Positions 52,432-64,000 of a stretch of 64,000 nucleotides of DNA are shown in pieces. The DNA is taken from NCBI GenBank assembly GCA_001662655.1, contig KV460212.1; one strand, 5' to 3'. The notes under the pieces were generated by a model. That model worked only from the letters and a program-made list of their open reading frames with translations, did no database searches and was not told the DNA's origin. A program made the position numbers and the translations under genes. How positions within the stretch are numbered: position 1 is the first letter of the stretch; every line of letters begins with the position of its first letter. Source of the stretch: Pseudogymnoascus verrucosus. Taxonomy: Eukaryota.

Positions 52432-55050
52432 GGAGGGGGAGGTAGAGATGGGTTAGGAGTGTTGTTGTGAGTGTTACGAATGTTCTTAATTGTTTAGAAA
52501 TTTATTAGAAATTTAGCCTCCGAGTAACTAGAACGTATGAATGCTCTGAGGCTAAGCTGGTGGGATTGGCTCCGTCGCCCCAACCATAGGTATCAGTTCC
52601 CAGCTTTGCACAATCCCTTTTCAGACCCTCAACCGGCAGATTTAAGTGATAGATATCACGCACGAGTATTATAAACATTCGCCCCTTCCTCCTGAAACCC
52701 TCTCATCTCCTCCTCCCCCGTCTAATCACACTATCATACAACCCCATCCCACCGCGTCACCAACGATACGATATAAAACACGTGATATGGGGCTGTGCAA
52801 GACATCAGGGGACGGAGTGTAACCCATCTCGGAATACAGGGAGAGGAGTCGTCAAGTACGAGTACACGTACAATAACAATGACGAGGCCCTTCGATGCGC
52901 TGTTCTATTGACGACAACACTTTCCCTTCACCGGTGAACTCAGCGTCACAAAAATAATCACCCTCCCCCAAACCAAGCGTCGCGCGCGCCTGTAAATGCA
53001 TGCAGTAAGCAGCGAAGGAACGGCGCTTGCTTCCCAACAACTCACCTCGACGACACTCGCCAGCGGCTACCAGGTCGTCGTCAGGGCCGCGTTGAAACAG
53101 ATATGAAGCAATCACGTGAGACCCGTAATCGGCGCAGCAGTGGGTGGTGGTACGCAAGTGCCTCTCTCCACTCGAATTCAAGAGTTTTTGTTCTAGGGAG
53201 GAAACAGGATGGTGCTGAAAGCGGACACGAGCAGCGGCGGCGACGGCGGCGAGGTTTCTATTCTTGTCCCAGTCGTGGAGGGAAAGAGGGAAAGAGGGAA
53301 GAAAGGGAGGGGACACGGCTAGTGGAGGAGAGAGGTATTAGGTAGGTAGAATATGGTTGATTGTACACTAGGTTGTTCTGGAAAGGGACTTGTGTAGTAC
53401 ATACTTTAGTGTATGAGCGGATCCCTCAACGGTTCGTGCTTTCTTCTGTCTCGGGGGTCTGGAATTGGCTGGGAGCAGCAGATCGCAGTTGAGGGGAAGT
53501 TTTGGAAAAAAGGGGGAATGATTGGCTTATCGGGCCGCTAGGTGTGCTAGGTATTAGAGTAGCATATAGTGTGGATACCGCTGTGAACGGCGCCAAGTGG
53601 GCGTCAAGCCGTTCGATCGGTCGAGTTCCTTACTACTTCTAGTACTTTTACCCCTGGGCCCCTGAAACAAGTTAGATTTACTGTACCGTACCTAACTCTG
53701 GTATACGCGGTGGGTTTGGGTGGTCGAGGAGAAATCGCCATCTCGATCGCCATTGGGACGTGGCGTGTTCGATACGACCCCAGCGGCCGTAGATGGGGGG
53801 CCAGGCCGGTGAGGAGGCCCGATGCTGGCCATTCGTTTGGGAAGGGCTTCCGCCACTGCAGACGCGTAGACGCCGTGGGAGGGAGTTGTACGTGGGAGGA
53901 CGGTAGGAGGAGGGAGGCGAGTGTGTTATACGGGGTGCAGTACGGGGTATAGTGGGGAGGAAGAGGATGGTCTGGAGTAACAGGGGAAAGCAAGGAAGGG
54001 TGTCGTATGTGAATCTAGAGAAATATGTGCTCCGTAGTATGTGAACCCAGAATACTATGTAGTAGTTGTTGTAACGTGTATATCCACCAGTAGAGGATAA
54101 TAGTACGAGGTGTACATGCACAGCAATAAGAAATAATATACGAGAGAGGCCGAGTCCGTGTAGAGTTGACTATTTCAGTATGACGATGTACCCTCAATAT
54201 GGCTGGATGTGCTGTCAATCTGGCGTCAATCTAGAGTCAATCTGGCTATTTGCATTCATCGAACCGTGGATGTAGCAGCTTGGGACCATTGGAAAACTAA
54301 AAAAGTACCCGTACATACACTAAATACACTAGAAACATTGGAAACAGCTTGTTTTTGTTGTCCCTGTTCATGCTCAATGCTCTTTCTTGCTCTTGTCTCC
54401 TCTTGTCTCCACTCTCTTACATTATACCGTCGTAGATTAGTGTGGTAGCTGCAACGACATCGGGGGCCCATCGACCGGCCGGCCATCAACCGCCCATCAT
54501 CTCCTGCCTCAACATCTCCCCATCCCCTCCCAAGCACTGGCTCTCCTTCTTCCTCTCTCATACACCAACTTCAACCACGCATCACCAATAAACCAACTCT
54601 ACTCACTCTTCTTACACTCCCAGAATACTCTGGACGACGATCGTTGATTCTATATATTACCATCCTGGTACAATAACCGCCGCTCGTTAATTGTTGATCG
54701 TTAATTTATCCACTCGCTTCCTTTATTACCCCAGCCGTCGCCACTGACAACCTGACCACCCTGCACCCGCATCAAGAGAGACTACAACAATTTAGATTAG
54801 ATTAATTGTGGCCACCACCCCCCTCGAAACTCACATACAATACACTCAAATACCCCATTGTCGTCGCTGGTCGGAGACATCACACACTCGCTCAACTACT
54901 ACTACCGAATAATACACGTACAACTGAATCAATTGGCATCAAAACGAGAGCACACGACACACCAGTCCACCCCTTTCTTATCGCCAAAAAGTTGGCAACA
55001 CACATACCTTCCCAGCAAATCAACGCTATACCCCTCACAAAACCGCAGCC

Positions 55051-56521
55051 ATGAATATCAACAAGCGCCTCGATCGCGTGAAGCAATGGGCCGGCGAGAA
55101 GATTGGCGCCGAGTCCAAGACGAGCGTGTCTGATGAATTCCGCAGTCTCGAGACCGAGATGCAGCTGCGCCATGATGGTTCGTCCTGCCCCTATCACCAG
55201 GAGTAAGGAGGTCTCCTTGCTAACACAACACACAGGCATGGACAAGATGCACAAATCGACCACCGCATACATCAAGTCGCTCTCGAAGCGCGACGAAGGC
55301 GACGACAGGGAGAAGGTCCTCCCCGTTGCGCGCTTTGGCCAGACCCTCGCGAACCACGGCGACGATTTCGAGCCCGATTCCGAGTTTGGCAATTGTCTCA
55401 TCGGTTGGTCTACCCACGATATCTTAGGGAGATGCATATACTAACATCCATCAGCAATGGGACGAACCAACGAGCGCATCGCCCGCGTCCAAGAGACCTA
55501 CACCGCACACGCCACAACCGGCTGGCTCGAATCCCTCGAGCGCTCCCTCGTTCAGATGAAGGAATACCAAGCCGCGCGCAAGAAGCTCGAGGGCCGCCGC
55601 CTCGCCTACGACGCCTCGCTGTCCAAGATGCAGAAGGCGAAGAAGGAGGACTTCCGCAGCGAGGAGGAGCTGCGTTCGCAGAAGGCGAAGTATGAAGAGT
55701 CTAGCGAGGACGTGTTCAGGCGTATGCAGGATATCAAGGAGGCGGAGGAGGATAGCGTGGCGGATCTGGGCGCGTTCCTCGATGCGGAGCTGGAGTACTA
55801 TGATCGTTGCCGCGACGAGCTCATGCGTCTCAAGCGCGACTGGCCTGCTGCGTAAGTCGTCCACAATCCCCAAATCCAAGAGCCCTTCTAACATACCCCC
55901 CGCAGCCAAAAACGCGCCCAGTCAACCACCCGCGCCAACCGCTCCCGCTCAAACACCGCACACTCCTACAAAGAGCGCTACGCCGCCCACGAAGACACAA
56001 TCCCAGAGGACCAGCAGCGCCCCGCCATCCGCTCCTCCGCCCGCGTCCCATCAGCAACATATCTCTCCCCCACCACCTCCCACGAAGCCCCTCCTCCTCT
56101 CCCATCCAACCGCCCCTATCTTGCGCGCGCTCACACCATCGAGTCCCCCAGGCGCGATATCACGCCCCCTGGTCGCCAGGCTAGTTTCGCGAGCGACGCC
56201 GGAGTGGCGAGGGATCGCTTGAGACCGACGAGTCGGATTCGCACGGCGGATTTGTTTGGGGATCCTAGTGATGACTCGGCGGCGTATAGTGGGACGGATC
56301 GCTCGCCGAGGGCGGGGAGTGTGAGCCCTGCTACGTCTGCGGGGAGTGGGGGGGATGTGTCGAGGAAGGCGAGCTGGGCGAATTTGAGAGGGGGGGTGAA
56401 TGGGGTGAATGTGAATGGGGCGGCAGGAGGGGTGGTGAAGAAGGGACCCCCGCCGCCGCCGCCGTCGAGGGGGAGGAAGATTGCGCCACCGCCGCCGCCG
56501 CCGATGAAGAGGGCGTATTAG
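55051..56521 (+). CDS. BAR-domain protein with Pro-rich C-terminus (4 exons)
   Basis: KQWAGEKIG..SKT.VSDEF..LE.EM, ARKKLEGRRLAYDA, FLDAELEYY, KKGPPPPPPSR. Confidence 0.85.
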
Positions 56522-57803
56522 AAGGGCGTTGTGGAGGGCCAAGGCCGTGTTTTGCTACTTGTCTATTGTCATGAGGCTACGCTTTGTCCTGCGGCCTTCT
56601 GGGTTTGTTTTGTTTTGTCTATTTTGTAATTTTTTTTGGCGGGATTTGGGACGGATGGACCATACCGTACCTCAACGCGAGGATGGGTGGCTTTTTTTCT
56701 TTTTACTGGGTTGGGGTCGTGGATGGGATTTGTACTGTACAATAGCTTGTGGGCTTGAGAATGCGGCGAGTGAGTTCGTATGCATGGGATGTGAGAAGGG
56801 AGAGGTCTTTGGGACGCGGTGGGGTGGGATGCGTCATAGATAGAGGAAGAAACCTACTATGATAGTAAACTTCTATTACATGAACCTGTTCAGAATATGC
56901 ATACATGCGCACTGAACTCCATGATTCCGCTGTGATTTACAATCGCGCTCATCCTTCAACAACATTAATAACCTTTCTTGTCTGGAAGTGAGAATAGGAT
57001 TTCCAAAGAGGGGATCGCATCGCGAAGGAGGGGCAATGGAGGGGTCGGACTGCAGTCCTCCGACCTGCAAAAGCGGGATCCCCCCCACTTTCCGTCCACA
57101 TTTTAACTTTTTTGCTCTGAATACGGCGAGACTCTAGACCGAGCGGCGGCAAGGAGTCATCCATACGGACGTACTGACCATGCCTCGGTATGGGGGGAGG
57201 AGGACAAACGGGGGTGGTCTTGGGTAATCAGATTTGATCACCGCGATTAGTTTCACTTAGCTTCATGGGAGAAGGGTAGAATAAGGATACGCTTTCGTCG
57301 CTCTCTGCCGCATGTGGGCCAATGCAATCGTCCGTAAATGGTAGGTATACTCGAGTCCTGCCTGTGGTGAAGGTGTGTGGTTGGGAGAGGCGTAGAGAAA
57401 AAGTGATGAGGGTTTACCAAGACCGCGGAGTCGCGCCGTTGAAGTGCCGATGCGACGTCACTTCCCTTACCTTTTCCAACGAACTACCCCTCGTCATCGA
57501 CGGTGCTCCGACCCCACTTCACCGATGAGGGGCGGGTTTTCTGTTCTGGCTGCTTGCTTGGATGGAACACAACATCACCCACTTCGGAGGTTGATTGCAT
57601 TTGTAAGCTTGAGCTGTGCGATATCCACTATATTTATTCTTATTAGAGAGCTGAGAGGCGAGGGGTATTTGGTTATATAACTAAGTTGCTTCACCTGAGT
57701 TGAGTTGGGAAGAATCAATCGTCTACATACGTATCGCATTGTATAGCTTCTTGTTGAGGAATCGAAAGAACAACACCACACATAAACCACAGAACACATC
57801 ACA

Positions 57804-58952
57804 ATGGCATCCCAAGGCAAGATCCAAAACGTCGGCGTCATTGGCTATGGGTACGCCTTCCACTCCCCCTCATCTCACAATAACTCCCCATACTAACAAC
57901 ACCCCTCCAGCATGTCCGCAAAGGTCTTCCACATCCCCCTCATCCAAACCACCCCCTCCTTCCGCCTCGCCGCCATCGTGCAACGCAAGCCCACCGCCGA
58001 CAACTCCGCCCCCGCCGACCACCCAACCGTAAAGCACCACACCACAACCGACACCCTCCTCTCCGACCCAACCATCGACATCATCATCGTCACCACCCCC
58101 CCCGACTCGCACTTCTCCCTCTGCACCGCTGCCCTCAAGGCCGGAAAGCACGTTTTCGTCGAGAAGCCCTTCGTGCCCACCTCCGCCGAGGCCACTGCGC
58201 TCATCGAGACTGCGCGAACGGCTGGGAAGCTGATCTGCGTGTACCAAAACCGCCGCTGGGATAGCGATTTCCTGACCTTCAGGAAACTGCAGAAGGATGG
58301 CACCCTGGGACGCATCGTGGAGTTCGAGACGCACTTTGATCGTTATAAGGCTGTTAAGCCGGAGACGTGGAAGGGACAGCTGGAGATGGATAATGGTGGG
58401 GGTGTGATCTATGATCTCGGTACCCATTTACTGGACCAAGCGTACGTAGCATTCGGACTTCCCGTCGACGTCACGGGGATCTTTTCGAACCAGCGCGGCG
58501 AGGGCGAGGGCGCGGAGCCAGACGCATTCACAGTGCTGTTGAGATACAAGGACGGCCTCCTCGTGACTGCTAAGGCGGGGATAATGTCCATCGACACCGC
58601 GCAGCTGCGCTACTGGGTCCGCGGCACAGAGGGGTCGTATAAGAAGCACCACCTCGATTGTCAGGAGGACCAGCTGAAGGCGGGCTTGAAGCCGGGGGAT
58701 AAGGGGTTCGCGGTGGAGGATAAGGAGGCGTCGGGGACGTTGGTGAGGATGGTGGGGGGGAAGCCGGTGAAGGAGGTGTTCGAGAATATCGAGCCGGAGA
58801 CTTATGGCGCGCTTTATAGGGGGTTTGCGGAGGCGGTGGAGAAGGGGGATGAGGGGCTTGTGCCGGTTAAGGCGGTGGAGTCGAGGGATGTTTTGAGGAT
58901 TATTGAGGCGGCGAGGGAGAGTGCTAAGACTGGGAAGGCTGTTAAGCTGTAA
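57804..58952 (+). CDS. Gfo/Idh/MocA NAD(P)-dependent oxidoreductase (2 exons)
   Basis: VGVIGYG|MSAKVFHIP, GKHVFVEKP, YQNRRWDSDF, YDLGTHLLDQ. Confidence 0.9.
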
Positions 58953-59211
58953 AGCGTCCCTGAGAAATAGGGTTAGTTAGTGGTATATATTCTCAGGTTT
59001 TGCAATTTATACACTTTCAAAAAGCCGCGGCAGAGCCGTCAGTCAGCAAGCACCCGGAATATCACTTGCAAACAGCAATTTTTAAAAACCATCGCATTAC
59101 TAACTATCATCTCACCCCCCATAAAGTCATCGCAAACTCATCGCTATCTGCAGCTCACTCGCCGGCTCATGCGTCCTACCACCCAGCAGCGCCCGGCCCC
59201 CCTGCGGCGAT

Positions 59212-60314
59212 TTAGCCACCCTTCTCCTTATGTCTCGAAGAGTGATTCCCCACAAACTCCCGACACCACGCAGTGCACACAGCCATCACCTGCGTGACCG
59301 GCTCCACAAGTTCCTCATCCTCATCCTCATCCTCGTCCAGATCGCCCTGCATCTCGGCCTCGAGAGCAGAGCGGCCTCCCTTTTCCTGGTGGCGGGAGGA
59401 GTGATTACCGACGAACTCCTGGGACCAGGACTTACGGGCTGCCATGACCTCGGTGGCAGTGATGGCGTCACTGGTGTCGATTGGGGCGGCGAGCTCGACG
59501 GGTGGGTTTGGGTCTTTGAGACTCGCTCCTTGGGTCTCGCGATCGAGAGAGTAGCGGCCGCCTTTTTCTTTGTGGCGGGAGGAGTGGTTGCCGACGAATG
59601 GTTGACACCATGAGTTGCAGGCGGACATGGTGCGGGTGGTTGCTGTGGGGGTGTTAGTTTCTTAGTTCGCTGGGAGGAGGGAAGGGGGGGGGAGGGGAGA
59701 GGTAAGGGGTTAGGGGCTGACTTACCATCTCCTGGCTGAACAGTCTTCTCCATGAATACCCAAGAAGCCTCGACGCTGTTGCCGCCCTCGGTGGGCTCAT
59801 CCTTGTGGAGCGTGATATTAGCGCGTCCAGCAGTGAATTCCACGCCCTTCATCTTGCCGTCTCCAGGCTGGCGAACGAAGATGCCAAGAACATCGATGAG
59901 ACCCGCCTCATCGAGAACAATGCGCAGCTCCGCCATGAAAGCTGCATACTGGGGCGAGGACAGATCAACCTCGTTAGCATCATTTCCCTGAGTCCATTCG
60001 CACACCGCGACACCAGTGGGGACAAAGCGGTAGACGAGAGGCTTGATAGCAGAGCCAACGATGATGTCGAGTTCGATGGGAACGGCGACGGCGCCGATGC
60101 CGACGAGGCGCTCGTCGTCGCCGATGGTGAAGTGGGTGTGGAGCATTTGGACGCCGAGGTTGTGGTGGACTTTGTGGCGGAGGAAGAGGGAGGCGAGGGT
60201 GATGTCGATGGTCTTGGAGGCGTTTTTGGCTTTGAAAGTTTCTTTGGCGGTGAAGAATTCGGGGAGGGTGTTGTAGTGGGTGGAGGAGTAGGGGAGGATG
60301 GTGGAGGAAGCCAT
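59212..60314 (-). CDS. Hypothetical protein: His-motif N-terminal domain plus three C-terminal 24-aa repeats (exons 60314-59726, 59642-59212)
   Basis: G|GTAAG donor, CTAAC branch and CAG acceptor join ...VQPGD|ATTRTMSACNSWC in frame. TATA-like element upstream at about 60453. Confidence 0.82.
59215..59628 (-). repeat. Three 72-nt coding repeats (59557-59628, 59374-59445, 59215-59286)
   Basis: MSACNSWCQPFVGNHSSRHKEKGG / MAARKSWSQEFVGNHSSRHQEKGG / MAVCTAWCREFVGNHSSRHKEKGG. Confidence 0.95.
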
Positions 60315-61308
60315 ATTGGCGGTTTGGGGGGTTGTTTTGGAGAAGTTCAAGAAGAAGTTCGTGTTGGGTTGTGTGGTGGAAGATGGTGAAAGAGAATAAG
60401 AGTGTGTGTCGATGGTGGAAGAAGGAGAGGGGAGGAAGGTAAAGTGGCTTATTTTATAGACGCCGCTCCTCCTGCGTGTGGAATCAGGGTAGAACCAGAA
60501 GCTGTTGGACATGAGAATCAGTAGAATCAGTTCGCCTACGGGTTATATTGAATCTCTCTAGCAATCACCACTTTATGAATGCCATGGGGTTAATGCCGCC
60601 GATTTACGTAGGCCTTGAAGTATTCAAGGAATGTGACTGGATCTAGTCTACGATGAGATCTATGATAAGTTCCGGTTCTGTATGGCCATATATAGCAACG
60701 CCATGGTCATAGACCGGAGCAACAAAGAAAAACAGGAAAACCTTCATGTTGGTCTATTAAACGTTTGATTGTCCGTTCCGAGAATCAATTCTATGCTGAC
60801 GTTGTATTAGAGTTGGATCTACTATAAGTGCAAGGGATAAACATCTTTAAATGCGGTTAGTAGGCAGAGTCTCTGTTGCTGAAAATATGCCAACGTCCTC
60901 AGTCCACAATCAAGTTCCCAAAGTACGGTCCAGTCTGTGGCCAGTGTCTGTCAAAATAAGGAGCAGTTTCTTTGTCAAACAGACGCCTTGGAAAGTTCAA
61001 GTGGCATGGCGCCCAGAACAGATCTGGTTGGTAGCTCTCACAAGAACTGCCTGATCAATTGAGACTCAATTTTATAACTATAAACAAAACATATGTAAAA
61101 TATACTAATAACACTCAAGCTCCCACCAGCTACACATGCTAACCACAAGGGTGCCATCAGCTTTATGAGTACATACAGTACAACCAGGATATCGTGTACA
61201 AAGTCCAAGGACCGCTTCCAAAATAAACCAAAAATCATCGACCATCATTATTCCTTCATGTGCCCATTTTTAAAACAAGTAACCCTCCCCCACCTCCATA
61301 CACTCTTT

Positions 61309-64000
61309 TTACAGCTCATCCTTCATGTTCGTCTCGGTGGACGAAACTGCACTGCTGACGCTGCTCGCGAAATCCTCAACGCTCTCAGTAGCCGACGCCG
61401 CAGCTTCGGAGGCGGCAGAGATGACAGATTCAAGACGCTGGCTTGCCGAGGCGACAGAGTCGGAATAGGCGGCTTGGACGGAGGAGAACATCTTCTCGTG
61501 GATGGGCTTTGGCGTCCCCTGAATCATTCCCGAGACAACAGCGGATGCGCGGCTGAGGCGCTGCTCAGCCTGGCTCGTTAGAGCGTCGTATGCGGCGCTA
61601 GCCTGGGCGATGACAGATTCTACTGGCGCCGGGGTGCCCTTAACGGCAGAACTGGCACTGCTTATCGTTAGTAATAATCTATAGTGGAACCTGGGATTCA
61701 CTTACGCAGAAGAGGCTTGGGCGTATTTCTCGGATACAACGCTAGCCATGTTTTCGGCAGAGCCTTTCTCCTTTCCGTGCATGGCGGCAGACGCTGCGGC
61801 TAGAACGCTCGAGTACTGCTCAGCAGCCACGCTAGTTGCGCTTTCGAAGTTTCCCTGGGTGGACTGCTGCAACAATGCCTCGCTCATGGCCTTTGTAACA
61901 TCCGCGAGACGCTCGCCGGCCTCACCAGCCATGCTTTGGATTTTCTCAGAGTAGGTATCCTGCTCATCGGATACACTCGACGCGTTCGGGGCCGCGTTCT
62001 TGACAACACTGGTCGCTGATGAGATAACGGATGACAAGGTCTCAAGAACTTCCTCGGCGGAGGAAGATACGGTCTCGAGAACCTCTTCCGCGGACGAAGA
62101 TGCCTTCTCCAGAAGGCTGCTGGCGCTCTCGCTGACAATGGAGGTCGCCTTCTCTACCGATCCTTGCGAAGTCCCAATGATTGCGCTCGACGCCTGGTCC
62201 AGAATACTGCTTGCGCTCTCGCTGACAACCGAGCTCAGGCTCTCCACGGTTCCTTGCGAGGTTCCGATGACTGCGCTCGATGCCTTGTCTGCCAGGCTAC
62301 TGGCAGATGCCTGGGCAACTGACACGACACTTTCAACGGAAGCCTGGGCCGCCGACACAAAGCTTTCAGCAGATCCCTTTGACGAGCCACCAACACTATC
62401 AGAAACTGAGGATGCGGCACCGACAACGCTATCGGAAACCGAAGATGCGGCGCTGGCGACACTTTCACTGACTTCTGAGGCATATGACTTGACGTTATCA
62501 GCCACAGACGATGCGCTCGCAGCTATCGAAGATCCTGCGTCCACAATGGTGGAGCTAGCGGCCTCAAGGGGGGAATCCGATGAGGTTTCGGCAGAGCCAA
62601 CAATGGCTTCGCTTGCCTCATGGACCCTCTCGACGACTTTTTGTGCGGCTGCCGCTGCCGCTGGGGGTAAAACATGGGTGCTAAAATCATCTGACGCGTC
62701 GCCCATAGCCAGCTTCCATCTGCCAGTTTCCTTTAGTCGTGAAAGTTCTGTGGCAGAATCTTCAGCAATGGCCATAGCCCTGCTTTCGATGTCTTCCGAT
62801 GCAGCCCGGGCAGCCTCCAAGCCTGGGTGACCAGTGACTACCTCCTCCACATCTTGTCGCCACTCGTCAAACTTGTTCTTCAGAGCGTGATACTTAGCCC
62901 AGTCTTTGTGTGTGACTCCATCAGTCCAAGCCCAGCGCATACCTATCTCTTGGAGTCCGAGGTCGCGAATGTGATCGATGATTTGGAAAGTATCCTCAGA
63001 CGCCTTGGATATCAGGTTGGTGGTCTCCTGGTCGAACGAATGACGCCACTCTCGGACTGCTTGGGCCTTGTCGCGAATTGCCAGCCCAGCCTTGCGAGTG
63101 GCACCGTTGAGGTGTTCTTCTTCACCATGCAATCTGACAATCGCCATGATGGCCATCTTGAAGGACTGTATTTGCGACTTGACGGTTTCTTCGAGTTGCA
63201 TCAAATGAGCCTCTCCCACTCCCTGGGCTTGGGTATTTATGGCTCGGTCGGTAATTTCTGTAATTCTTGCCTCCAGCTCATCCGATCCTTGATCTGCTGC
63301 CTTTGCAAATTTCTCTTGCCACGTCCTTAGGTCTTCCTCGACAACCTTTTGGGCATTGGCTCGCTGCTCCTCCTCCGTAAGAGGAGTGGGAGAGGCTTCC
63401 TCCTGCGTTGTAGTCGTAGTAGAAGTAGAAGTCTCGGATGACGTGCTGGAAACGACGACCGACTCAGTAATAGATGATTCGGTGGAGGCGGTGATTGAAG
63501 CAGTCGAAGTAGTTGTATCTACCTCATCAACGATAGATTGCAGCTTCTTTCCATCGCGATATCTGCCGAGACGCTCGCCAATCCGGATAAGTTGTGGCTC
63601 AACGTTCTCGCCGTACAAAATCCTCGCCTTTGGCCAGATGGTGCGATCGAGGAAAGCCACTCCGGATGTCCATGCCCACTGCGCGTAAGGAATACCTGTA
63701 TTAACGGTGAAAGTTTTGCCGATTTCGTATGCCTGTTGGCCGTATGGCTCAACGGCTGCATAAGCAGGTAAGATAGAGGCGTAGTACGTCTGCAATGCGT
63801 TCTCCTTTGCGAACTTCGCATATGGGACAGCAACATCAGCCGCCTTCTGAACATACGGTGCTAAGGTCTTATCATATTGCTCTTGGGCGAGCTTGTTAAG
63901 CTTGGCGACTTGCGGTTGGACTTGTCTCTCCCATTGCTCCTTTCCAATCGCCTGCGCTTGAGCTACGCGGGGTGCACCGTATTTCTTTCCATAGAAGGCA
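61309..64000 (-). CDS. She10/Osw7-like secretory-pathway protein with Ser/Ala-rich repeats and C-terminal KDEL; 5' end outside window
   Basis: ILYGENVEPQL.RIGERL, DLGLQEIGMRWAWTDGVTHKDWAKYH, ASSA.IGTSQG repeats, intron approx. 61657-61705, ends MKDEL*. Confidence 0.7.

Noticed and set aside
52432..55050. ORFs in the 2.6-kb region upstream of the BAR gene
   Set aside because: Low-complexity translations without codon bias or motifs; best read as promoter/UTR sequence with small repeats such as (GTCAATCT)3 near 54214.
56855..57090. Possible snoRNA or structured RNA (ATGAT..CTGA; hairpin ggtcgga-ctgcagtcc-tccgacc)
   Set aside because: Box C is non-consensus, the stem is only 7 bp, and I recognised no rRNA guide sequence.
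59212..59628. Classic dikaritin or Kex2-processed repeat protein
   Set aside because: No signal peptide, no KR/RR sites between repeats, and no DUF3328 gene in the window.

Overview
Genomic DNA of a filamentous ascomycete fungus (short GT-AG introns with CTAAC/CTGAC branch points). A Leotiomycete such as Pseudogymnoascus is my impression only and is not established. The window holds about 27 protein-coding loci. Conserved housekeeping genes (Ytp1-like, Pth1, Rvs161, Ubc1, Rpt2, trimethyllysine dioxygenase, a BAR protein, a Gfo/Idh/MocA oxidoreductase, a She10-like KDEL protein) alternate with accessory blocks. The main candidates for undescribed systems are: (1) a divergent pair of an MFSD5/samt-1-type transporter and a type II membrane MycE-like sugar O-methyltransferase, a possible Golgi glycan-methylation module; (2) a MAL-type cluster extended by a GH49 dextranase, a possible dextran-utilisation regulon; (3) a single-chain tandem retropepsin-like protease set head-to-head with a DUF6594-like membrane protein whose splice donor appears mutated; (4) a protein that fuses a His-motif domain to three 24-aa CxxWC..FVGNHSSRHxEKGG repeats with acidic spacers, resembling a fused RiPP enzyme/precursor. 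There is also a perfect 29-bp-arm palindrome and a pair of degenerate direct repeats around an atypical Cys6 gene. No rRNA, tRNA, CRISPR array or intact transposase was recognised. All family calls come from reading motifs by eye; no searches were run.
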